A stretch of 46,488 nucleotides of DNA from a virus. Lineage: Duplodnaviria; Caudoviricetes. The stretch's first letter is position 1. Each line of letters opens with the position of its first letter. A model generated the notes under the pieces. The model made no database searches. It worked only from the letters and a program-made list of their open reading frames with translations, and had not been told where the DNA came from. Position numbers and translations under genes: made by a program. This document shows positions 37,318-46,258 of the stretch, piece after piece. Location: the IMG/VR virus record IMGVR_UViG_3300032067_000004, positions 1 through 46,488 of that record; one strand, given 5' to 3'.

Positions 37318-39551
37318 TATTGTGCTGGATTTGGAGCACCCTGCATAGGTGCTGGGTTTTGTGGTTGTGCAGGTCCAGAAGGGGCGCGAACTGCACCTTT
37401 ATTCTGAATTTGCTGTTGTTTTAACTGAAATTCACGTAATTGTTGACGATGTTCATCCATCAACTGTGCTTCTTGAATCATCATCGCTTGCTTTTGTTGT
37501 AACATTACAAATTGCTGATGAATCTGAATTTGATATGCAAGATATTGAGCACGTGTCATCCCCTGATGAGGAGATGGAAGACCTGCCATTTCTTCATTAT
37601 AGGTTGAATTGACATCTTGCAAAAATCTTGTCTTTACTGTAATTGCAATTTGGTGATCTTGACTTGGATCAATTGCAATAACTTTACCATAGTATGTTTC
37701 AACTGCTTGTGTAGTTGCTGTTGAAACTTGAAATTCAAATCCATTATCCTTTACTGCATCCAATGCTTCCGTCAATCTCAATTCACGGAACAACGCTTTC
37801 CACAACATCGCTTGATCCAAAAATGGAGAAGTAGTCGAAGAAGCAATCGCCTGTTGTAAATGTTGTTGTTTTACAATGGATTCAATGAATGTTGAACCTA
37901 CATCCGTTTTAATTCCAATGGAAACTAGCAAATCTTGATCATCAAGAGGAGTTGCATCAGAAACTCCACAAATTCGATCACGAATACTTTTCGGCATGAA
38001 CATCTGCAAATTTTCCCAATGCCGGATAGCATAATTTTTGTAATGTGCTAAACTGAAACAATCAATATCAGCAGTAACACCTGACATGGAAGCTTGAAAC
38101 GCATTACTAGCTTCGGTTGCGGTTGTTCGTCCGCCCATTGCCTCTCCCATGATTGCGTCAACTGCTTTGCCTGTTGTGCGTGCTTTCTTGTCCGTTGTCT
38201 CGATGAAAATCGACGTTGTTTGTGTCGCATCATAAGGTTGCCGACGATTTACGTCATTTGGTCCTGTGACTTCATACCTTGCACCTGGACGATTAATATT
38301 ACTATTTGTCGCCGCAGGACTCCCCATTTGCACTTCTGTAGGTGGATTATTAATCCAATCCTTATTTAGAATATATTGTTCAGTTGCACGAACAATTTCT
38401 ACATAATGTGATTCCAGAATTTCGCCGATGGCTGGCGTATACATTCCAGAATCCAAATCAGGAATATGAGCACAACCAAATAAAGGTAATCTGCCATGCG
38501 GATAGAAAAGTTTTTGAATCCGAATCGGAACGATCTTTCCAGAAAAAAGATTATTGGCAAAGCATTGCACAATATATCTTTGAACTTTTGGTTTGTCTGG
38601 ATTGTTTCTTGTAGAAGGAAGTGTAAGGTAAGGGTAAAATGTCCACAAAGCTTCGCCTGAATACTCAGGACGCATTTGCGTCATAATTCCTTTTGCGCCT
38701 TGTGGAAGTGCATCAGTAAATGCCTTAGCTTCTGGCCCATACAACCACTGTGCCGCACCTAACTTATCCAAATTCAAAAATCCAAATGGATTTAACTTTG
38801 GATCATACTGATTTTCCAAAACCTGACTGCGAGGAACTACATCAAAGAAAAATGGACAAACTTGTTTCTCCATTTCATCAATTGGAAGCATTGGATTTAA
38901 CCAAAGCTTACGAGTTGATACAGGAGTAAAAGTAGTTCCAATATCTTTTACCAAGAGAAAGTCAGGAGAACGTGGATCAGGTTCAACATCAAGAACAAAA
39001 TCACAATGGGTGAAAGAATGCCCATAAAGATAATGATGCTGACATAACGGAGTATGTTTACCGCGAACATTTTGAGTTTCATTGTTCCAATCTAATGCCG
39101 CATTGGACATTTGAAGTTTCCGATTTGTAGGATTATAAAATTGGTCTTCCAATGGAGTAAACAAGTTAGGAGGCATGTTATACTGCACTGGACGATCTTT
39201 CCACGAAATGAAATAATTCAATCGTGTCAAACGATCTACAGTATCAAAAATTAAAGTATCCGCAAGCTTGAGAGGGTCTTCACCTGCGAAATTGATTGTT
39301 GTCTCTTCTTGCTTTTGAACCGAACGCGCTTGAGATTTATCCCGTTGCGCTTTATACATTTCTTTCAATGTATCCCATTTTGCCTCAAACGGTAATCTTG
39401 TAGTAACCTGCGGCCAAATATAATCCGTGAACATTTGACTAAAGATTTTTTCCAATTGATCTTGAGAAAAATCTCCTGCAATATTTGGAGGAATTTTCGC
39501 AGCAATAGCCAACACTTCTTGTAATGTTTGTTGTCGAGCTACTGTAATCAT
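37317..39551 (-). CDS. Portal protein
   Basis: 744 aa, follows terminase; RTTATEAS motif and Q-rich C-terminal tail typical of podovirus portals. Confidence 0.85.
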   Translation of the reverse strand: MITVARQQTLQEVLAIAAKIPPNIAGDFSQDQLEKIFSQMFTDYIWPQVTTRLPFEAKWDTLKEMYKAQRDKSQARSVQKQEETTINFAGEDPLKLADTLIFDTVDRLTRLNYFISWKDRPVQYNMPPNLFTPLEDQFYNPTNRKLQMSNAALDWNNETQNVRGKHTPLCQHHYLYGHSFTHCDFVLDVEPDPRSPDFLLVKDIGTTFTPVSTRKLWLNPMLPIDEMEKQVCPFFFDVVPRSQVLENQYDPKLNPFGFLNLDKLGAAQWLYGPEAKAFTDALPQGAKGIMTQMRPEYSGEALWTFYPYLTLPSTRNNPDKPKVQRYIVQCFANNLFSGKIVPIRIQKLFYPHGRLPLFGCAHIPDLDSGMYTPAIGEILESHYVEIVRATEQYILNKDWINNPPTEVQMGSPAATNSNINRPGARYEVTGPNDVNRRQPYDATQTTSIFIETTDKKARTTGKAVDAIMGEAMGGRTTATEASNAFQASMSGVTADIDCFSLAHYKNYAIRHWENLQMFMPKSIRDRICGVSDATPLDDQDLLVSIGIKTDVGSTFIESIVKQQHLQQAIASSTTSPFLDQAMLWKALFRELRLTEALDAVKDNGFEFQVSTATTQAVETYYGKVIAIDPSQDHQIAITVKTRFLQDVNSTYNEEMAGLPSPHQGMTRAQYLAYQIQIHQQFVMLQQKQAMMIQEAQLMDEHRQQLREFQLKQQQIQNKGAVRAPSGPAQPQNPAPMQGAPNPAQ

Positions 39552-41470
39552 TATGCGAATTTGATTGAGTTGAAAAGTTGTCGTTGGTCTGGATTCATTG
39601 TATTTTGTGATCTTACAAAACTTTCGTAACGCAATTCAGGTAAGGCAACATAACACAATCCATCCAATTCGTCATCATCATAATCTTGAATAGTATCTTT
39701 TGTCAATCCTTTTTTTTCACCTTTTTCATATGTTCCCCAAAAGATATTTTGCATTCTTTGCAAAGCTTCTGCCACCCCCGGTTCCTCTACAAGAAAGAAA
39801 AGCTTTCCGCCGGGCGTCTTTTTTGTAATTGGATGCGGCAAATGTAATTGTGGCTTCAACATGTCATCAATTGACACCGCGCGTTCCTTTGGGCCAAGTG
39901 TTAGGGAAGGTCGAACGATAAGTCCTTCCTTTATGTAGTTGTTTGCGTATGGAACTCCCGTTGTTTCATCTGTTTTAAAACTATGAAAGTCCAACCAAGT
40001 CATTTGATATTTGTTTTCGGGATTGTCAACTTGCTCTTGCCACAATTTTGGATTTCGTGGATGTTGAACTTTTTTGTTACCTGACAAAATGATGATGTCT
40101 TCTGTTCGCTCTGAGATTGTGCGTTGAGTTGCAGTGTAATATCTGAAAATATATTTTGTGTTGTCACTAGCTAACGCCATGAATGCACAAGCTGTCATAT
40201 GCCCCCAACCCGGATCAAGTCCACGAAACAGGATGAGTGGTTTTGGCGCATACATTTTTCGCAACTCTACAAAGGAAATATGCAAAGCATGAAACTTCGG
40301 ATCATAATGTTTGAGAACGATGGGGGAAGAGGAGAAGAATTTTCCTTTGATACGTGCTTCACCCTCGGGTTTATTTTGCCAGTTCTTGATCAGGTCTTCT
40401 CTTTTCTCCTCGTCCATAATGTAATCTGGACAATCTTCAATGCCGAAACCTTCATAGATTGTTGGATGTAGAGGGAGTGGTTCTTCACCTTTGAAGACCT
40501 TATAAGCTAATGCCGCTTTGCCTCCTGTGTTGCGTGCTTCATAAGGTGTATAGTCCCATGATGCAAATGCAGGATACTTGTATCGCTGTCTGATTTCGTT
40601 GAAGATACTGGCCGGAATACCTTCTGACATCATGATTCCATCAACTGCACCTCCTGACCATTTGGTGTCTTCCATGTCATAGGACTTGAAGAGCACTTCT
40701 ACTTCATGTGTTGGATGAACTTTCGAATTTGTTTCGTAAGTTAGCTTTAGAGTTCCATCATACTCTGAAAACTTTTCAATATTTGCCTTTGGTGTCCATT
40801 TCAACCATTCCTTCATTACATTCTTTTTGTTCCAGTCTTGTGAAGGTCCACCTACCCAAATTGTCCGTTTGGCGTTGTTTGGTTTTGGGTTGGTTGTTTG
40901 TTGGTGTTTGAGGTAAAATTTGTAACATGCCAAATTTTCAGGAGCGTCTAATGGTTTACGTGGATCACCTTGTAAATTAGCATCCTGTAGAGCTTTACGA
41001 TAACCCTTGAGTAAATGGATGGAAGGTCGAGGGATTGTTTTAAAGGTTCGTCCTTTGTGATCTGTGAAAGATTGGAACATCATCCAATCAGGATCATTGG
41101 GAAGAATCCAAAGAAGTGCGTTTAGGACTCCTCCTGCTGTCTTTCCGATACGATTTGCATCAAAGTCAACAATGTAATCAATGCCATACAACCAACAGTT
41201 GAGTTTAAGTGTTTGTTCATAAGAAGGTTGCACCCATGCGAGTTCATTGTCTCGTTTAGATTTGTCTTTAAACTCTGCAATTCTCTCTTTAACTGAATCC
41301 AAGAGTGCATTGTATTGATTTGGAAAGAGTTCTTTAGCTTCTGTATCCAAAAGGATTACATTAGCCTCTTCGATCGAAATTTGTTCCGGTGTCGTTTGAT
41401 ACCACATTATAGTAGTGTAGCGTAGGAAGGTCAATATTTCAACGGATTTTTTACACGAGGTTCCTAACAT
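39551..41470 (-). CDS. terL: Terminase large subunit (start uncertain)
   Basis: ANRIGKT Walker A; RGLDPGWGH and DDELDGLCY nuclease motifs. Confidence 0.85.
   Translation of the reverse strand: MLGTSCKKSVEILTFLRYTTIMWYQTTPEQISIEEANVILLDTEAKELFPNQYNALLDSVKERIAEFKDKSKRDNELAWVQPSYEQTLKLNCWLYGIDYIVDFDANRIGKTAGGVLNALLWILPNDPDWMMFQSFTDHKGRTFKTIPRPSIHLLKGYRKALQDANLQGDPRKPLDAPENLACYKFYLKHQQTTNPKPNNAKRTIWVGGPSQDWNKKNVMKEWLKWTPKANIEKFSEYDGTLKLTYETNSKVHPTHEVEVLFKSYDMEDTKWSGGAVDGIMMSEGIPASIFNEIRQRYKYPAFASWDYTPYEARNTGGKAALAYKVFKGEEPLPLHPTIYEGFGIEDCPDYIMDEEKREDLIKNWQNKPEGEARIKGKFFSSSPIVLKHYDPKFHALHISFVELRKMYAPKPLILFRGLDPGWGHMTACAFMALASDNTKYIFRYYTATQRTISERTEDIIILSGNKKVQHPRNPKLWQEQVDNPENKYQMTWLDFHSFKTDETTGVPYANNYIKEGLIVRPSLTLGPKERAVSIDDMLKPQLHLPHPITKKTPGGKLFFLVEEPGVAEALQRMQNIFWGTYEKGEKKGLTKDTIQDYDDDELDGLCYVALPELRYESFVRSQNTMNPDQRQLFNSIKFA
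41406..41434 (-). promoter_or_regulatory. Possible sigma70-type promoter for the late arm
   Basis: TTGACC-17-TATAAT. It overlaps the ATG of MWYQ, so the promoter call and the terL start conflict. Confidence 0.45.
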
Positions 41471-41700
41471 GCTTTAACGCCGGCGGCATGGGGGTGGTGA
41501 CCGGGTGTGGTCAACCGCGCTTCTACAGAGGAAAAATCGGCCTTTCAAGACGCCAAACGACGAAAAACCCCATTTTGTAACCTCACAAATACGACGAATC
41601 GCCAAAAGTGCATGATTTGGCCCATTTTGTAATCTAAACACGGCCAATTGAGGTATTTACGTCCATTTTGTAATCCATTAAACACGCCATTTATTTAGAC

Positions 41701-42250
41701 GGCACACTTAGAAGGCACACTCTAACGGATGGCACACTCTATTACGTCAGACGGCACACTTAGAAGGCACACTCTACTAGACGGCACACTTAGAAGGCAC
41801 ACTTAGACCGTAGACGGCACACTTATGTCGCAAATGGCACACTCTAAACGGGTTAGGCCGTTTTTATTTTAAAACAACACATTGTTCTGACCCTCTCTTT
41901 ACCTACTGACTCTAAGAGTGTATGTGTGAGTATGTATATGTATATAGTGTTATATATACACTAACTAACATGAATATAGAGATATAGGGAGGAGGAGGGA
42001 CAATGTGATGAAAATAAATAAAAACAGCCCGGTCAAATTAGACGGCACACAATCCCACCTAACGGCACACTCCGCGCTTTAACGGCACACTCAGACAGCA
42101 CACTTTATTAGATAACCCACTTAGAGTGTGCCATTTACGCAATTAGAGTGTCCTTTTTATTTCTCAGAAGGCACACTCTGGAAGTGTGCCATTAGATGGC
42201 ACACTTAAGTGTCAGATGGCACACTTAGATGGCACACTTAGATGGCACAC
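41701..42250. repeat. GGCACAC(T) short-repeat clusters: 19 exact copies in two blocks
   Basis: 9 copies at 41701-41842; 8 forward and 2 reverse copies at 42044-42250. Confidence 0.95.
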
Positions 42251-42264
42251 TCTAAATGATTTAG

Positions 42265-42292
42265 TTGACAACTCGCCAAAATCGCCTATTGT
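42265..42292 (+). promoter_or_regulatory. Early sigma70-type promoter
   Basis: TTGACA-16-TATTGT. Confidence 0.6.
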
Positions 42293-42323
42293 GGTGTTGT
42301 CAGCCAATTTGTAACCTCACAAA

Positions 42324-42554
42324 ATGAACAATTCCGCCTCACTCGAAGCTAAATTCGCCATATTAGCGACTGAACTCCGCCTAGAAGCCGCTCAACTCGC
42401 TAAGGTATACCGCCAATATATCAAATATGGCAACCAAGGTCACCTCGGTGACTTCTACGCCGAACGCCAAGCGGCAAATTACAAGGCGCAATACCTTACC
42501 AAAAAAGCGGATTGCCAACGCATCTGTGACATACTCGACATCCCCGTTCGCTAA
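42324..42554 (+). CDS. Hypothetical early protein
   Basis: First ORF after the promoter and a palindromic motif. Confidence 0.65.
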   Translation: MNNSASLEAKFAILATELRLEAAQLAKVYRQYIKYGNQGHLGDFYAERQAANYKAQYLTKKADCQRICDILDIPVR

Positions 42555-42556
42555 CT

Positions 42557-42691
42557 ATGAAAACAACCAAACCTACACGCAAAACAGCCAAACCCTCTCC
42601 CACATTTCCCATCACCCGCCCACCACTCCAAACTCGCACCGACCGGATCAAAGAAATTTGGGCTCACGCCACGAAAGACAAGCTTGCCTGA
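42557..42691 (+). CDS. Small hypothetical early protein (44 aa)
   Basis: ATG 2 nt after the previous stop. Confidence 0.45.
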   Translation: MKTTKPTRKTAKPSPTFPITRPPLQTRTDRIKEIWAHATKDKLA

Positions 42692-42731
42692 CAACCAAGA
42701 CGAAACGCCAACCAAATCAAAAATCAAAACC

Positions 42732-42857
42732 ATGTCCGATAACCTAATCCTGATCGAATTCCTGAACGCTGATGGCTCTGTATCTTCTGCTCATGTAGTG
42801 AGCGCGAATGATACTTTCGACATCATTGCTTCCAACCTCCGCGCGACGATACTCTAA
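42732..42857 (+). CDS. Small hypothetical early protein (41 aa)
   Basis: A-rich leader; stop 2 nt before the next ATG. Confidence 0.45.
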   Translation: MSDNLILIEFLNADGSVSSAHVVSANDTFDIIASNLRATIL

Positions 42858-42859
42858 TC

Positions 42860-43192
42860 ATGACTGCCATCCTTACTACCTGCCTTGATTCAACGCGCAC
42901 ACAACCCGCACGAATTAAAGCCAGCGCGCCACACAAGAATCCAAAGATCAAACAAGAGATCACACTCCCGCTTTACAAGCTGAGACAGCTTTGTGAGTTG
43001 GCACAATGGCCTGTCAACCCGGCAAATGTTCACCGAATGGCAGCGAAACAATTGTGCTGGGAATATCGCTGGGAAGGCGAAGAAACCCTGCTCGGCGCGA
43101 ATTTCTCCGATGGTTACATCTGGATTTTTCCTGATCACTCCCCACGTATCATGGCTGACATTCCACCGATAGGCGAAAATAGTGAAAAATAA
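42860..43192 (+). CDS. Hypothetical early protein
   Basis: 110-aa ORF. Confidence 0.65.
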   Translation: MTAILTTCLDSTRTQPARIKASAPHKNPKIKQEITLPLYKLRQLCELAQWPVNPANVHRMAAKQLCWEYRWEGEETLLGANFSDGYIWIFPDHSPRIMADIPPIGENSEK

Positions 43193-43195
43193 GTT

Positions 43196-43235
43196 TTGAC
43201 ATTTCCACCCTGTCGGCTATTCTTGTAGCCGACAG
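43196..43235 (+). promoter_or_regulatory. Sigma70-type promoter with a 10-bp inverted repeat over the -10
   Basis: TTGACA-16-TATTCT; CTGTCGGCTA-ttcttg-TAGCCGACAG. Confidence 0.65.
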
Positions 43236-43292
43236 TAGGAAGTAGCAAAAATTGTTACCTCACAAAACCAAAAACCAAAAACAGAACTCCAT

Positions 43293-43949
43293 ATGGCTAA
43301 GATCGCTCAACCAAAAGCTCCCACCACGAAACAAGCTGCTCCAACCCCGGCAACTCCGACCAGCGCGCAAACCGAACAACCCGCGCCCGACATCAGCATT
43401 TTGGTCGGAAAACTGGAACCGCTCTTCGCTGCCCGTGTGGATGGCGAAAATGCGCTGAACAACAACTCACTTAGCATCATTATCGCTGTCCGCGAATTCC
43501 GCGAGGAGAATCCGACGCTCGATCGCAACGATTGCAGACTCGCGATCCAGACCGCTGTTGCCGCGAAATACGGACTAAAGCTGGCAGCCGTTCAGAACGA
43601 CAAGAAACCCGGCGAAAAGGGATACAGCGCATATACGCTCGTTTCCGCGCTTCTCTCGGCTGCATGGCCGAAAGGTGAGGCAGAGGAGAAGCGAGTGCAG
43701 AAGGCACTCGCGCAAGGCAAGGGTTATGTCGAAGTGCGCAGAGCGGCCAGCAAACCACAAGCGAACGGCGGAGGCGGAGGCGGCAACCCTCGCTTGATCA
43801 CTCCGGAAAACTTCGCGACAAAACTCGCGACGTTCCTGACTCAAGCGCAAGTAGACATCCCGAACAAGACGATGCCCGATATTCTGGATATGGCCGATGC
43901 TGCTATCAGAGCCATCCGGACGAGTCCAGCGGCACAGCCTGCTAGCTAA
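43293..43949 (+). CDS. Hypothetical early protein in its own transcription unit
   Basis: 218-aa GC-rich ORF bracketed by a promoter and a terminator. Confidence 0.75.
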   Translation: MAKIAQPKAPTTKQAAPTPATPTSAQTEQPAPDISILVGKLEPLFAARVDGENALNNNSLSIIIAVREFREENPTLDRNDCRLAIQTAVAAKYGLKLAAVQNDKKPGEKGYSAYTLVSALLSAAWPKGEAEEKRVQKALAQGKGYVEVRRAASKPQANGGGGGGNPRLITPENFATKLATFLTQAQVDIPNKTMPDILDMADAAIRAIRTSPAAQPAS

Positions 43950-43970
43950 GACAAAGAGTTGTAATCTCAC

Positions 43971-44001
43971 AAAAACCCGCTCTGCAAAGGGCGGGTTTTT
44001 T
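43971..44001 (+). terminator. Intrinsic terminator (possibly bidirectional)
   Basis: AAAAACCCGC...GCGGGTTTTTT. Confidence 0.85.
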
Positions 44002-44015
44002 GTTGTCATTATCAG

Positions 44016-44044
44016 TTGACAACTTCCCTTTAGTGTGCTATATT
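44016..44044 (+). promoter_or_regulatory. Sigma70-type promoter
   Basis: TTGACA-17-TATATT with an extended -10 TG. Confidence 0.75.
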
Positions 44045-44054
44045 GCTACACAAG

Positions 44055-44507
44055 ATGAAAGCACGTCCCAATCCTCACCTAATAGCTGCGATGCAGAAGG
44101 CGCTCGCACAAACGACCAAAACGGAAGTGAAGCCAGCCGAACAAACACGCTCGCTTGTTCCCATACCCGCACCAAGCATTCCAGAAGAATTAACCGGACC
44201 TAGACCAGCATCACACCCATTGCTAGATCGCTGGGCGATTCGAGGTATCAAGCTTTCTCCCTCCAAGGTTTCATATTTCGCTCTTTTGAAAGGCTCTTAT
44301 TTCTGTGTAGTGCGACAGACGGGCGAACCCCTCGCGATGACTCGTCACTTGATTGATCTATATAAAGTGCCAATGGGCGCAACCCTGATATCTGAAATCA
44401 TGGAAGAAAAGCCAATCGGACAAGCTCTGACTCCTGCCTTTATCTTTCACGATCTAAGCGGAGCATGCCGGGCGATCATGGCAACCCTCCCCGAATTTGT
44501 AAGCTGA
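44055..44507 (+). CDS. Hypothetical early protein
   Basis: ORF starting at the ATG 10 nt after the -10. Confidence 0.65.
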   Translation: MKARPNPHLIAAMQKALAQTTKTEVKPAEQTRSLVPIPAPSIPEELTGPRPASHPLLDRWAIRGIKLSPSKVSYFALLKGSYFCVVRQTGEPLAMTRHLIDLYKVPMGATLISEIMEEKPIGQALTPAFIFHDLSGACRAIMATLPEFVS

Positions 44508-44522
44508 CAAAATTCAACACCT

Positions 44523-45359
44523 ATGGAACTGAACATCACCGAAGACCAAATCCAAGCAACCCTCAAAGCGAGACGCTCGCAACGGATGGGCGCGAAGCTA
44601 TCAATCCCGCCCGCCCCTACAGAAGAGAAAGAGACAGGCGAAATTCGACACATCCTCCATCAAACAATTCATGATTTGATTGAAATGCGCGAAAACATTT
44701 GGATGGTAGGACCGGCGGGCAGTGGTAAGTCCAAAGTCGCGGAAATCGTGGCAGAGGAATTAGAGATGCCCTATTATGCGCCGCCTATCGGACGTGAGAC
44801 AACGAACGCGCAATTGTTTGGCTACTTCAATGCAGCGGGAAACTACGTGCGCACACCTATCCGTGAGTGTGTCGAAAATGGGGGCGTGCTTCACTTGGAA
44901 GAAATTGACTTTGCAAGTCCCGCTGTTGGCACTGCATTGAACGCATTGCTCGCCAATGAAAAGATTGGCTTCCCTGACTTAACAATTCAGCGGCATAAAG
45001 ATTGCATCATCCTCGCTAGTGCAAATACCTTTGGCACGGGTGCGAACGCAACCTATATTGGCTCAATGGGCTTAAATGCCGCAACGCTCGATCGCTTCAT
45101 CTTTGTAGATTTCCCTTACGACGAACGGATGGAAAAGCGCATAGCACCGAACAAAGATTTCTGTCTTCATGTTCAGTCCATTCGGCGCAAGGTCAATAAG
45201 CTTGGATTGAAGCATGTCGTTTCGCCTCGTGCCACAATCAAAGGCGGAAAAATGATCAACTCTGGTAAATTCACCTTGGAGCAAGTGGAAAAAATGGTGA
45301 TCTTCAAAGGATTAGACAAGCTGACCGTGGATAAAATCAACGCGACAAGCGACGTTTAA
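44523..45359 (+). CDS. MoxR/CobS-like AAA+ ATPase
   Basis: GPAGSGKS, LHLEEID and ASANTFG...LNAATLDRF. Confidence 0.88.
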   Translation: MELNITEDQIQATLKARRSQRMGAKLSIPPAPTEEKETGEIRHILHQTIHDLIEMRENIWMVGPAGSGKSKVAEIVAEELEMPYYAPPIGRETTNAQLFGYFNAAGNYVRTPIRECVENGGVLHLEEIDFASPAVGTALNALLANEKIGFPDLTIQRHKDCIILASANTFGTGANATYIGSMGLNAATLDRFIFVDFPYDERMEKRIAPNKDFCLHVQSIRRKVNKLGLKHVVSPRATIKGGKMINSGKFTLEQVEKMVIFKGLDKLTVDKINATSDV

Positions 45360-45360
45360 T

Positions 45361-46215
45361 ATGTGGGATACTGAAATTGAGATAATTCACAAGAATTATT
45401 CGACCCTCGAATCCTTTTTGGATTATTCACAACAGGATCACCCAAATGATGGGCCGGATTCGTCACGCTCTTCGTTGTTAGTCCGCCCACATTTCACGCT
45501 CACACGTTCCAAAGATGAAGCTTACGATCTAATACGTAAAGGCAATCCTGCGGGATTAGAGCGCATGCTGAAGATATTAGAAGCCTTGGAATCTAACATC
45601 TCACTACCAGCTACGCATGATGAATTTCTTTCTTCTGTAGACGGGTGCGCGCCAAATGTGGAAGCATACATTCAAGGGATTCCCGAAGACATGTTTGTAA
45701 TCTCACAAATTGAAGATGAGATGCCCCCTTCTTCTCTTGTAGTGCAATTGGAACTTACGGTTTCCGCAATGTTCTCACCTACTCAAATTGAATATGCTGG
45801 CGCAATTTTGTTTGCCGCTGCTCAAGCTTTGCAAATGCAAGGTTGTGCTGTGCAATTCATCCTCACTTATGCAATGAAAGATCGAGGGTTGGCGCATATC
45901 ACTACAATCCCCTTGCCTCGCAACACGGATTTGGATACTCAATCCTTTCTTCTCACACATCCCGCGATGTTGCGCATCCTCATGTTTTCAGCCTGGGAAC
46001 ATGAGCCAAAAGATATTCGGAATCGTATGGGATTCTGGAATGGAGGAGGGTATGGAACCCCGTGGCCTGCCTGCCCTTTGCAGGAGGGTTGCGATGTTAA
46101 ATTTAATCTACAAAGGCTTTGCCTTGCAATTTTGAGAGGAGGGACATCAATTGAATTTTGTCAATCACTTCTCCTTCAGTTAATCGAAACTAAATTTGGA
46201 ATGTCACAAAAATGA
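45361..46215 (+). CDS. Putative vWA-like partner of the MoxR/CobS ATPase
   Basis: Adjacent to the ATPase; DGCAPNVEAYIQGIPEDM and HPAMLR...GYG pattern seen in such phage gene pairs. Confidence 0.55.
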   Translation: MWDTEIEIIHKNYSTLESFLDYSQQDHPNDGPDSSRSSLLVRPHFTLTRSKDEAYDLIRKGNPAGLERMLKILEALESNISLPATHDEFLSSVDGCAPNVEAYIQGIPEDMFVISQIEDEMPPSSLVVQLELTVSAMFSPTQIEYAGAILFAAAQALQMQGCAVQFILTYAMKDRGLAHITTIPLPRNTDLDTQSFLLTHPAMLRILMFSAWEHEPKDIRNRMGFWNGGGYGTPWPACPLQEGCDVKFNLQRLCLAILRGGTSIEFCQSLLLQLIETKFGMSQK

Positions 46216-46258
46216 CTGGTCAGCGGGAATAAACCAATTTTAAATAAAACCGTCAATA

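Noticed and set aside
41701-42250. CRISPR or mini-CRISPR array
   Set aside because: The repeats are only 7-13 nt, with very short irregular spacers and mixed orientation.
340-45709. Palindrome as a CRP, Rex or CcpA (cre) host site
   Set aside because: Half-site spacing is shorter than in those consensus sites, and the copies are not concentrated at promoters.
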